Assembly (NCBI GenBank): GCA_010909165.1
Contig: MU008160.1
Span: 558,001 to 622,000, forward strand
Direction: 5' to 3'
DNA length: 64,000 nt
From: Anthoceros angustus
Lineage: Eukaryota; Plantae; Anthocerotophyta
The translations under genes and the position numbers were made by a program. The notes beneath the pieces are model-generated. The model ran no database searches. It saw only the letters and a program-made list of their open reading frames with translations, and was not told where the DNA came from. Below are positions 48,974 to 61,400 of this stretch, in pieces; the stretch's first letter is position 1; each line of letters starts with the position of its first letter.

Positions 48974-49783
48974 GGAGCTCACTTCCCCTTCTGAAGAGGA
49001 CTCACTCTAAAAAGGAAGGGAGTCGTGAGGACTCACTTCCTCTTCAAAAGTATTTTAAAGAGTCCTCACTTCATTTTGCATGTTGAGGAGGAAGATTTTC
49101 GGAATACCATACTTGCTGTTGAAGATGATTTGTTTAGAGCCCCTCACTCCCTGTTGAGGAGGATTACTATTGAGTCCCTCACACGGTAAATCTCTTGATT
49201 CCTAAATCTCTTTGAAAAGCTCACCCTTGATCCCTCAATCCCGCACTCACACTATTGATCGAGCAATTTTAGAGAGTCCCTCGCCAATAGCCAGTGTAGT
49301 GGGTCTCGCCAAAGGGCAGTTTGTAGGTAGTGACCATTAGCGCCTGCGTTGTACGTGGATGAGATAATCATAAGCATATGATATAATTTTATATTATATT
49401 ATATCAAACTCGAAGGCTGGGGAGCCGCGGTACGCGCGGTTCTGCAGCCGCAACGCGCATAACCCTCCTGTCATGGTATCTGGCCATGGACTCCACGGCC
49501 GGACTCTGGAAGCTTCTCAAAACGATGCTTCGAGTTTCTTCGAGCTTGTTTATGGCCGTGTTTTCGGCAAGGCAAATGGGTCGATAGGAGGAGCAAAAGA
49601 ACAAAACGACCCAGAGGTCACGAATTGAGCTCCCTCATGGTTCGTTCCATTGTTCTTGAAAAAAATCCCCAAACTTTGGTCGAAAGTCTGGAATGGAGAC
49701 TCATGGTCCTCCTGGGTTAGGCAAGCACATTCAACCCCAAGAAAATAAGCAATGTTCTGTGGCGTACACACTTGGGCACACCC

Positions 49784-52700
49784 TCACGGTCGACCCTTGC
49801 AACTACAACAACCATTTGCGAATCGATGCACCCGGTACCCATCCCGTACAACAATGTCCCTCTGTTCAAGCCTTGACATGATCTCCGTGGAACTGTGACA
49901 GTCGCTGCACATGCGTAGATTCTTCGTTACCACCAGAGGGGTCCCACTTGGAGTGCTCAACAGACCAAACGCCAGAGCTAGCTTCTCAGCATGCCCACAA
50001 AGCGCGTCTTCCTTTTCCTTCTCACAAAGTGGCTTCAACACCAACTTTGTGTGAGGTACGTGGCCTCCTTCCTGCTTCAGACGTGCATTCGTGCTCTCTA
50101 CCTTTAACGCAATATCCTCTCTTCTTTCTCCCACCAGAAATCTGTGTACCTGCTTATCCACTTCAATGGTCGCCACTGCAGGTAACTTGTTAGCTCCTGC
50201 TGCTCTTCTCTGCGTTTCAATCCTGTCCACATCGGCCCACATACCTGCATCTGCGTAGGCATTGGCCATGAGCACATATGCAGACGCCCGCTGAGGGTCC
50301 AGCCTAACAATGCTTTCAAAACACCACATCGCCCGCGGTATATCCCCGTGACTTTTGCAGGCATTCAACAAAGACCTCAAGCCCACAACATTACTTTGGC
50401 ACTCGCATAACATTAGCATTTTCTCAGCCTCATCTAAATGGCCCGCCCGCCCAAGAAGATCAATCATGCAATTGTAATGCTCAGTAGTTGGTTCGATGCC
50501 ATGCTGTTTAGCCATGGAATCAAAGTGCTTGCGACCTTCGTGGACCAGTCCCTCATGACTGCACGATGCTAAAAGGCAAGTAAAAGTAGCACCATCAGGC
50601 TGAACACCGGCAACTAACATCTCCTCAAAACAAGCCAGGGCTCTGTGACCATCATCACAAGTACCATACCCAGCTATCAGGGCATTCCATGTCACCACAT
50701 CCCTTGTGTTCATGCTGTCAAAAACCTGGCGTGCATCTTCCAGTTCACCACATTTTGCATACATGTCCACCAGGCTGGTGCCCACCACTACGTTATCTAG
50801 CAGCCTTCTTTCCACGATGTGTGAGTGCAGCTGCCTCCCCTTCTGTAAGGCACCAATCCTTCCACAGGCCTTCAGAAGGCAAACAAAAGTAACATTGTCC
50901 GCCAAATTGAGGCCTTCTTGATGCATTTCTTCATACACAAGAAGGGCTTCTAGGCCAAGCCCTTGCTGTGCATACCCAGCAATCAGAGCATTCCATGTCG
51001 CCACATTTTTTGGCCAAGCTGTCAAAACCTGGCGTGCATCTTCCAGTTCACCACATTTTGCATACATGTCCACCAGGCAGTTGCCCACCAAAACGTTATC
51101 CAGCAGTCCTTTTTCAACAATCAGGGAGTGCAGCTGCCTGCCCTTCTGTAAGGCACCAGTGCTTGCACAGGCCTTCAGAAGGCAAGCAAAAGTAACATGT
51201 CAGCCAAAATGAGGCCCTCCTGCTCCATTTGTCCATACACAAGCGCCTCTTCCGAGGCCCTTGCTGTGCATACCCAGCAATCAGGGCATTCCATGTCACC
51301 ACATCCTTTGTGGCCAAGCTGTCAAAAACCTGGCGTGCATCTTCCAGTTCACCACATTTTGCATACATGTCCACCAGGCAGTTGCCCAACACCACGTTAT
51401 CCAGCAATCCTCTTGCGACAATCTGTGAGTGCAGCTGCCTGCCCTTCTGCAAGGCAGATGTGCTTGCACAGGCCTTCAGAAGGCAAGCAAAAGTAACATG
51501 TCAGCCAAAATGAGGCCCTCCTGCTCCATTTGTCCATACACAAGCCTCTTGGCCGAGTCCTTGCTGTGCATACCCAATCAGGGCGGTCCATGTCACCACA
51601 TCCTTTGTGGCCATGCTGTCAAAACCTGGCGTGCATCCAGTTCACCACATTTTGCATACATGTCCACCAGGCAGTTGCCCACCACTACGTTATCCAGCAG
51701 TCCTCTTTGACAATCTGTGAGTGCAGCTGCCTGCCCTTCTGTAAGGCACCAGTGCTTGCACAGGCCTTCAGAAGGCAAAAGTAACATGGTCAGCCAAAAT
51801 GAGGCCTCCTGCTCCATTTGTCCATACACAACAAGCGCCTCTTTAGTCCTTGCTGTGCATACCCAGCAATCAGGGCATTCCATGTCACCACATCCTTTGT
51901 GGCCAAGCTGTCAAAAACCTGGCGTGCATCTTCCAGTTCACCACATTTTGCATACATGTCCACCAGGCAGTTGCCCAACACTACGTCATCCAGCAGTCCT
52001 CTTGACAATCTGTGAGTGCAGCTGCCCTTCTGTAAGGCACCAGTGCTTGCACAGGCCTTCAGAAGGCAAGCAAAAGTAACATGGTTGGCCAAAATCAGCC
52101 CCTCCTGCTCCATTTGTTTGTAAAGAACAAAGGCCTCATGTCCAAGTCCTTGCTGTGCATACCCAGCAATCAGGGCATTCCATGTCACCACATTCGCCAT
52201 GCTGTCAAAACCTGGCGTGCATCAGTTCACCACATTTTGCATACCCAGATATCAGGGCATTCCACGTCACCACATCTTTTGTGGCCATGCTGTCAAACAC
52301 CTGGCGTGCATCGTTCAGCTCGCCACATTTTGCATACATGTCCACTAAGCAGTTGCCAACAAACAAGTCAGGAGGAATGCCACTGTGCAACACATCACAG
52401 TGCACTTTTCTGCCAGATTCCAAGTCGGCGGCAAATGCACAAGCTTGAAGGGCAGCTACAAAGACGTGACCATTCGCCTTCACTCCTGACTTACGCATCT
52501 CGTGGTACAGTTGTAGGGCCTCATTCGGCTTCCCATGCTTAGCATATGCAGAGATTATCGAAAACCACATAAAAGCATCTGGTTTGCCCACCGTGGTGAA
52601 CACATCCATGGCCTCCTGCAGACTACCCCCACATGCATACATGCGCAAGATATGGTTCCCCAAGTATGCGTTCGACACGTACCCAAGTTTGACAGTGAGG

Positions 52701-53353
52701 TCATGAACTCGTCGCCCAACAACCAGATCCTTCTTAGCTGCACACTGTTTTAACACAGTGTAAAACAGAGACTGAGAAATAGGAGAATCTGTCTGCGCCA
52801 GAGATTCCAGGGCTCCAACGGCCTCAGAGAGCTTCCCCTGCTGACATAACATGCTCACTGTTCCAGCGGTTACGACGCCCATTTCAGATCCTGCATACCT
52901 TCCAGGTTCAGGCTCATCAGGAGAGCTCGAATCGGAAGGAGAGGCACCATGACCCATCTGCATATCCAAGGAAACAAGCTGCTCATCAACCCAAGCTGGC
53001 TTAAACATGTTGGTTAACCACAGGACCTCGCCGGACCCCCTACGCCGGAAGTCGGGCGAACGGGAGCTCTTCTTATCTCGTCTGTTGTCGCACCACATAG
53101 TAGGGTCCAGGAAAAATTGTTGCCACAAGTGCTCCTGCTCCTGGCGACGAACATCGGGGGAGAATCTGTCCCCAGTCACACATTTTCTCGGACGTGGAAG
53201 TGCTGGGCTCCTGACACTGCTGCAACTGGAGGCTTGGATGTTTGCCGGGGGTTGACTCCGTGAAGTGAGGTGACCAGGATCTCCTAGTAGAACCCGTGTA
53301 CACAGACCAATTTGTTGGGTCCACAACGGGTCCGGTTGCCAAACTGTGGCCAT
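49784..53353 (-). CDS. PDF-motif + PLS-PPR + E1/E2 + DYW:KP (GRP) protein, copy 3 (longest array; frameshifts confined to the repeat array)
   Basis: 382-aa N-terminal ORF with WQQFFLDPTMWCDNRRDKKSSRSPDF..LWL..PAWV. 435-aa C-terminal ORF with P2-L2-S2-E1-E2 and KLPAVATIEV...HAEKLA...CSDCH...HRFANGCCSCKGRP. Confidence 0.92.
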
Positions 53354-54293
53354 CGTTCAGGGACCGCTGTCGGAACATGAGTCTAACAACAGACTATGGC
53401 AGGATGCCCAGGTACTGTGTATGACCACCCCGCCCTTTAGGAGAGTCAAGACGGATTTCTGTTGGGTACCCACTTCGAACGACACAACACAAACCAATTG
53501 AAACGTCATCTACCATGGTTGCCAAATGGCACCCAATCGGAGATACGGAGGGGGTGAGGAGTGCTTAACTAAAAAGTCCTTTAGGAGGGATGTTCAAGGC
53601 ACCCATGACTACGCACTGACGGACGTGAAGAGAAAGCTCGTTTTTAATAAATGGTGGCGTGATGGCCCCTTGCCGGTGCCGCCGACCTCGGCAGAACATG
53701 AGGCCATCGCGGTCACCGGAATCGGTGCTTATGCTTAATCGGCCGACCTATGCTTGAATAAGACCCCGATGGAAGACAAGAGTTTGGTAGAGCGAGAATC
53801 TCCTCCAAGTTGCAGTCCCCACATTGGAGGTCTTCGTGAATGTATGGCGGAGTGGAAGACCTTGTGGGTTTCCTTGCCTCCAGCTTGAGACTTGAGATGC
53901 ACCCTTCTCAGATTTTTCTGCGTGTCTGCTGCGTACTAAATATCAAAACACGTGTGACAGATTTCCATGAGGCCTTTCCGGGGTCAAATATATGTGGATG
54001 CCCTCAAGTTCTCAACATGCAGATGCAAGGGGAATGTGGAGACTTTATAAAAAGAACGAGACGAGAAATCCCATCTACCCCGAGGCGAATCCCTTCAAAC
54101 CTTCCTACACATTAACATGTTAGTTCTCACTTTTTGGTATACAAGATACAGATACACGCCTGTAATTGCGTAGTCTTACATGTCTTGTTAGAGTCATAAC
54201 TTTGACTGTTTTGGGAAGCTATCTTTACACCTGGATGCATTATCCCGTCAGCTTCAACAACTCAGTCTAAACCCACAGCACAAACCCGACATC

Positions 54294-55490
54294 ATGTCTG
54301 GAATGATATCATCCGGACTTGTGTTTACCTTTGAGTTGAAAGAGAAGGATCGTCTTAACGGCACTAGATACCCAGTATGGAGAGTGCGCATGAAATCAAC
54401 CTTACTACCTCGAGGAGTATGGAGCATTGTCGATGGCTCACGGAAGAAGCCAGACCCCAGTGCTATTCTGACTCCAACAACAGCTGAGATCGCACAATGG
54501 GAGCAGCATAACAGTATATCTATCGCCTTGCCCGTTGGGGGATTGGATGCTGACCTTGTGCTTGATATAGAGTATCTCACAGAAGCTTCTGCCATCTGGA
54601 ATCAGTTGGAGAAGACATATCAGGTCAATAATATGATGACACTCTGTGCTCCAAGGTAGGAGTTCTATGGCCTAAAAATGAGAGAAGGAGACAAAGTTGC
54701 AACATACACTAGCAAATTTCGCCATCTGAGACCGCAGATCACGTCGTTGATTGGAACTCAAATGTTGGAATTAGATGTTGTTGCCCAACTCTTGTCCAAT
54801 CTACCTCCTCCTTATCAGTCCTTTGTGACTAGCCAAAATGGTCCAATTTATAAGGCTAATGCCACTACTGCTTCTGCAAGTTCAAGTACAATCACCCTTC
54901 AAGAGGTAATTGGTGTTTTATACTAGGAAGAGCAGAGTCGATTGTTCTCTGCCAATACTCCTAAGAGTAAAACAGAGAAAGTGTTAGCTGCAAATTTCAG
55001 ACCAAATAAAGGAAAATTGAGAGGCAGATTTGGTTAGATCTGATCCTTCTCCGTCAACATCTTCAAAGCGACCGGGTAACTATAACTGGTGTGGTATTGC
55101 TGACCATTGGGCTAGAGAATGTAAGAAGAAGAAATCGGGAGAGCCTCAGTGGACTCCTAAAAGTACAGCAAGTGTAGCAATACAAGATAAGCACTCAGTT
55201 GACACCAAACCTTCTGTGAAGATACTGACAGTGTGTGTTGCTCATTCTGTATCTGAAGATGACAGATGGTACCTGGATTTTGGTGCCACCTCAGACATCT
55301 CTAAACACAAAGATCAATTTCATATGATTGATTTCCACACAACAGTTGCCAAAGTTCTTCTGGGTGATGAGCAAAATTCAAGGACATGGTACCTGTAAGT
55401 TCACTCTTCAAGATGGCTCTGTCCTTACTATTGAAGATGTGTTACATGTTCCAACTATGGCCAAGAATCTTTTGTCATTGAGTAGATTGA
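54294..55490 (+). mobile_element. Ty1/Copia gag-protease remnant, interrupted by a Gypsy insertion
   Basis: LNGTRYPVWRVRMKSTL..GVWSIVDG (gag), LSNLPPPYQSFV, degenerate zinc knuckle (YNWCGIADHWAREC), WYLDFGATSDI (protease), VLHVPTMAKNLLSL; in-frame stops. Confidence 0.88.
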
Positions 55491-58400
55491 TGTACCTTGG
55501 GCTGTAAACAGTGTCTCTTAGCATAGGGGTTTGTCTCCGAACCCCATTTTGGCCCCAACCATCCAGAAATGCACACGTCTCATTTCATTGTTTTCAGCGA
55601 TTTGCGAACCCACAGCCCATGCATCCGAGCCCAAAAGAAGACCTAAGCCAACATCCGTTCAAATGCCGGACACACCTTTGTACTAAGTGGCTGATCGCAC
55701 TTATGCTCCAAAGAGCTGGAGTGCGCCGGACGTCCGGCGTACTTATACTCCAAAGAGGTTTATTGCACTAGGTTTGGAGAGAATTGCGTCAATACTTGTG
55801 CAAGCAAACACTTTTGTTCAAGTTGCATGTGCACACTTGCCACCGCACCAACACTCACATCGATTCTCTTTTCAAACCCTATCATTCAGAGAAATCCAAA
55901 ACGGTAGACATACTCCTTGGCCGCCCCTCCGTGAGATAAGCGCACTTAGAGTCAAGAACTTTAGGCTCTCATGGCGAGAATTGGGCAAGGTAAAGGATGG
56001 TGAGGCCTCCTCAACCCTTCTTGATCAAACTCGTCGGAGCTTACATTTCTCCTGTTGCACGGATCCTTTCTTATACACTGCCACAACCTCATAAGGTCCC
56101 ATCCACCTCAACCTAAGCTTCCCTGGGAAGTCCATATAACGGCTATCATATAGAAGAACCAAATCCCCGGCCGTAAAACCATTTGCCTTGGAATTGTAAG
56201 GAGTTGTCTTTCAATGCCGAATATTGAAGTAGGATGTAAGAGACTCAATCACAGAGTTGAGGAAATGAGTTCCCCTATCGCTGACCAACTCCAAAGGACA
56301 TCCATACCGAGTTATGAAGTTTTCAAGGAGAAACACCTTTGCCACTGTAGGCACATCATCCTTCCTGGTTGCCCCAGCTTCTACCATTTTTGTGCATTAG
56401 TCCGTAGCCACCAAAATATACTGCTTCCTTATCCATTTTGTGGGTGGCTTGATTAGACCCACAAAGTCTATGCCCCACTTCTTGAAAGGTGCCAAAGCTA
56501 CGTAGGATTTAAGTAAGAGGCCACTGTGTCGACAAGGTCGGCCTCCCAACCTGTTGGCATGCATCACACCTCGGAATAAAATCCCAAACATCTCTCTGCA
56601 TCATAGCCCACCAAAAGCCTGCATCCAGGATCTTCACCATGATTTGTACCGAAGAATGGCCTCCAACAAAGCTTCTATGACAAAAGAGGGTTCCTTCTCT
56701 TCCAAACAACATCGAATCTTCTCATCCAGACCAAGATTGTATAAGACCCCATCTCTTAGACAATAAGGCGCAGTTTTGTGAAGAAAAACAGCACGCCCTT
56801 CACTTGACAAGCCATCAAGCATAATTCCGTGATCTAAGAATTTTCCTTCCTCACCATTCAACAAATAACATGGACATGGGGGTCCTTCATGTTCTGATCT
56901 CCTCTTTCCATGCACACCTTGCCATTTCCTTCTAGTTGGCTCACCAGTGGATGTTGATGCCGTGGCCACAGCTCTGCCCTCAACTTGGCTTGCAAAACTA
57001 GCTTCTCCCTACAACGTCGACGCTGCAGGCATCCGTGTCTGCAAGTCGTCGACTTGTGCATCTCTCGACGTCGTCATCGCCACCCCATCTTCATGCTCCC
57101 TAGTCTCATGACTAGCCAAAAATTGCGATCTAGCAGCGATCTCCTCACTTTGCTGTGTTTTCTTGGCAGCAACTTCTCCAGTCGACCTTGGACCCATCGA
57201 CACCCTTTCTTGCAACTCCACTGCAAGCACACCTTGAGGTGTGGTCTCTCCACAATCCTCCTCCATACCTGGCATGGCTAAGTGTGGGCTATGGACTTCC
57301 CTTGGGGGGTAGGAATTAAGTGGGGCTTTGTTTTTTTGGTAGGTTGGAATAGTAAAATAAGGCGGAAAAGGAGGAATAAGCACGGATAGCGCCCGATCGA
57401 CTCCGGAGTATACTCCGGACTCGGAGTGGCAACGACTTCCTAACCATGGCGAGCACCGACTACGCCGGTAACGGATAAGTCCGGACCCCACTCCGGGTCA
57501 AAACAGATAAGTACGCCAGGAAAGTAACTTAGAAGTTGAGTCGTGAGGATGCATTTCAAGCGGCGCCACGGACGGCCCCGAGTGGAGGTCGGCATGCAGC
57601 CAGACCGAGCCTGCTGGGGCCGCATATAGTATTCACGCCGCGACGCGCGGAAGGCCGAGGCAGGCACGATGTAAGGCCGAGTAAGTGGAGGCGTAAGGTC
57701 GAGTAAGCCATGCACTCGCTACGGATGAAGAGGCGCCTTCCCGCCAGTTACTTCCCAAAGGCGCGTCAAGAGGAGGTCATTGCGCACCGAGACACCGCAG
57801 CCTTGCGCCCGCAACCCGCTCGCTATCTCTTTGAGCGCCAGCATCTTCGAGCGGCTCACCGCCGGGTTGGAGCAAATAACGCGGGCGAAGAGGGCGATCG
57901 TGCGACTCCCGGCCGCCAGCCTACAAAGAACGAGGGAGAAGAAGGCGATGGCACCCAAAAAGGCTACGGAGGTCTGGGAGCCATGGAACCTGGTAGAGCG
58001 CAACATTGTGACCCGGCGCTATCCGGACTTTGGGCCCTGGCTGGAGGAAGCGTGGGAATTAGTCGAGGAGTGGCACTTGGATGTGTTCCAGGCTGTCTGG
58101 ACGTTTGACAGCGTCACTCTGGTCCGCGAGTTCGCCCGGAAGATGTTGGCGGCGGCCAACAAGGAGGTTCGGTCCAAGAACCTTCGGGAGGATCCTAGGC
58201 GATGGACCTTGGAGGTCCTGAGGGCGGCCTACAACCGCCCAAAGGAGGAAGAAGGGGCGAGTCCGAGCCCTCAAGGCGAAGGGAAAGATAGGGCCGCAAG
58301 CGATGCCGAGGCTCGAACGCAGCGACAACCAACGGCCGGTTGATATCGACCGCCGATGCCGAGTAAGGGCTAGCCCGGATTATTGTCCATTGAACTCGCC

Positions 58401-61400
58401 ACCAAGGTGGATCACCTTGGTGATAACTTGTTGGTATTCCCGCATGCGCTACCGGGAAAGAGGCGGACGGGAAGGATTATCTTCGCCTGTTCCCAGAGGC
58501 TCAAGCCGAGGAGCGAGAAGCCTCGCCATCTGGCCGCCCCATACCGATCCATGGGGGGACATTTCGAGCCCTCAAGGAGGGAGATCGAGCGGGCGCCCGG
58601 CGGGGCCGGAGGCCGAAGTGGAGCGCAAGGGCGCCCGAGGTGGGGCCGACCCCAAGGCCAAACGGACCCGGAGGAGGACGATCGAGGGATTCCTGACCCA
58701 TACGCCCTGAACGGACCCCTCACCACCTGTGGAAGTATGGAGGAAATCCCCGCTTCCTTCTCGGTGCCTCCGAGCACCAACGCAGCAGAGGGAACGACGG
58801 AGCGGAGTTGGCGGTTGCAGCCCAGCAAAGAACCAGCCGAGCTCACGGACTCGGGAACCAAGAGGCGCAAGATGTTTACCAACGCAAAGACCTCGACGGT
58901 GCTGGTTCTACCCCCGCCCACTGAGTGGCAAGAGGTCAAGAGGCGGTAAGGAGGGTGAAGGGACGCCGCCAAGGAGCAGGAGGTCACCGGCAGCACTGCA
59001 CTGAGCCGGGTCCTGCCCCGACAGAAGGGGCAAGGGCTAGCTCCTGACCCCTCACCCTCCGAGCCCTGTGACGAAGAGGGCAAATAAGGAACCCGGCCAA
59101 GAGGGCCAAGGAGGGTGAAGCTCCGAGTCAAGACTCGTGACCTAAGGGTCCCGATTAGGTCGAGAACCCACCGACTTACTCCGATGGTATGGAGGTCCGG
59201 ACTGCGAAATGCCCGCCTCCCACTACGGACTTTGTGGGGTCTCACTGGCGGCCGTGGAAACACGGTCCTGCCACCGCCATGGACGATGGCTTTGGGGTCT
59301 CTGCGGGACGGCCGAGAAGACCCAGGAGGTAGAAGCCACCCGGAGGCGTATGGTGCTCCTCCAGGAGCAGTTGGAGGGGGCCCAGGAGGCAAGGAGGAAG
59401 GCCGAAGCTCTCGGCCGCATCGAGGAAGGGAAACGCAGGGAGGCCGAGAGGGAAGTCTGGTCCATCCGACAGGACCGGACTAAATTCCTTCAGCTGGGTG
59501 AGCAGCTGAAGCAGGCACAGGAGGCCCAAGCACGGGCGGAAGACCTCTGCAGGCGGAGGGGAGTAGCGCAGCAGGAGGCAGAGGAGGCCCGGGCGCAAGC
59601 GGAGAAGGCTCGTGGCCTGGCGGAGGCGGCCCGACCGACCGCCAAATGGGCGGCTGTGAAGGCAGAAGGAGGCGGAAGGCTAAGACCGACCGGATCACTA
59701 TCGCGTGATCGGAACCGGTGGAGGGAGACGGCAGGATAGCCGCTAACTCAAGAAGGAGCGGAGGAGGTGCACGGGCCACCATGCCGAGGAGGAGGCACGC
59801 GCAAGGAGATGGAGGATCTCCGGCCTCACCGTGAGGTGGAGCCACGCAGGAGATGGAAGACCGCAAGGAGACTCGAGTCGCAGCCCAAGTTACCATTGAG
59901 AGGAATGGTATCAGGCGTGATCGCGATCACGAACGAGAAATAGAGCGGCTCCAGCGGACGGAGGAAGCAAGGGCGGAACAGGAGCAGGACGCCGAAATGG
60001 AGAAGGACTAAGGCCCGCACGGGCAGAGTTGCCCGACCGCCGAGAGGGAGATGAGTTAACGCCGTAATGAACGGAGGAGCGAGAGCACCGGACGGTAAAA
60101 GAAGCCGGGTCCCTTGAGAAAGGCGGAAGGGAACGCGCTATGGCGGTAAGCTAGCCGAGCGGAAACGACGGAGCCGGAGCAAAGTGAGCAACAAGGCGGC
60201 CGCAGAGGTGACCGAGGCCTTGTAGCCTCGCGTGATACGGCCCGCCCACCACAAACGGGCAGGGAGGTGGTCCAACAAGCCGGCAAAGACGCCCACCCGA
60301 ACACCTATGGCGAAGGGGAGTATCGGTGCTCCGGCACACGTGGAAGAGGCAATCCAAAGAAGTTGATTCGACTGCCTATTACCACGCCGAGCTCCTTAAG
60401 ACATCGGCCACAAATAGACGGACCCTGGAAGGCTCAAGGGATGAAGGGCATGGGACAAGACGGGACTCTAGTGGCCCCTGCTTGGAGACGACGGAGCGGG
60501 AGAAGAGCATCGAGGAGCGTGACGCCGATACAACGAATCCTGGTAAGTCCACGCAACCCGCCGGAAGATAGAGGCGGGGCCTTGAAGGGGAGTGGAAGGA
60601 GGAGCCAACCGACCCAAGACAAGGGTGGTGGAAGGGATGAGGACCCAGCAAGAAGAGGTCCAGGTAAGGGGTCCGGAGCTGAGACCGGACCGAGATAAGT
60701 TCTGACCGAGGTCCGAACCCCAGATGAGAGACCGACCCAGCAGACCGGACTCAGGAGGCAGACTGAGGTTCCGACCGAGTCGAGACCGGACTCGAGGTCC
60801 GGACTCAAGTAAGGAGGAGTCCCTCCGACTTACGCTGGGGAGCAGACACGGGTCTCACCGGACGGGGACCCACTGGGGAACTGTGGGGAACGACGTTGTG
60901 GTAACGGCTCGCCGACGCCCGGTAGCCCAACCTCGTGATTCCGGAAGAGGAAGGGCCCCGCCGGATCATCCGATTGCGCGCCCGCAATCGCTGCCGGGAG
61001 ATTGGACCACCAATCCCGAGGCGGAACCCGGGACCTTCCACCCCACCGACGAAGGAGATAGGAGGGAGGAATAGGATGGTAGGCCGATTAGGGCGACCGA
61101 GGCCACCGTAATAGGGTGTAAAGGCGCCGACCTCCGCGTAGTATAAGAGGGCCGAGGTCGCAAAGTATCTTCTTGGTGTTGATGCCGCTGCTGCACTTGT
61201 GCCTTTGCTAACGTGAGTCCCGAGTCATCGAAAGGTGCACGGGCACCGAGAGACCGATCAAGGTTCCGTGACGGACCCTAACGTGGTGGTGTGTGCAGAA
61301 GGGTGACTGGGACCCGTGTTCGCCCAGCAGCCCGCCGAACGGACCGGAACGGGTGAGCCGGAGGACCCCGGAGGGCGGTAGAGCCCGGACGGAGAGGCCC

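Noticed and set aside
58412-59392. 326-aa minus-strand ORF
   Set aside because: Lies in the GC-rich TE interior; Pro/Gly/Arg/Ser-biased with no recognisable motif.
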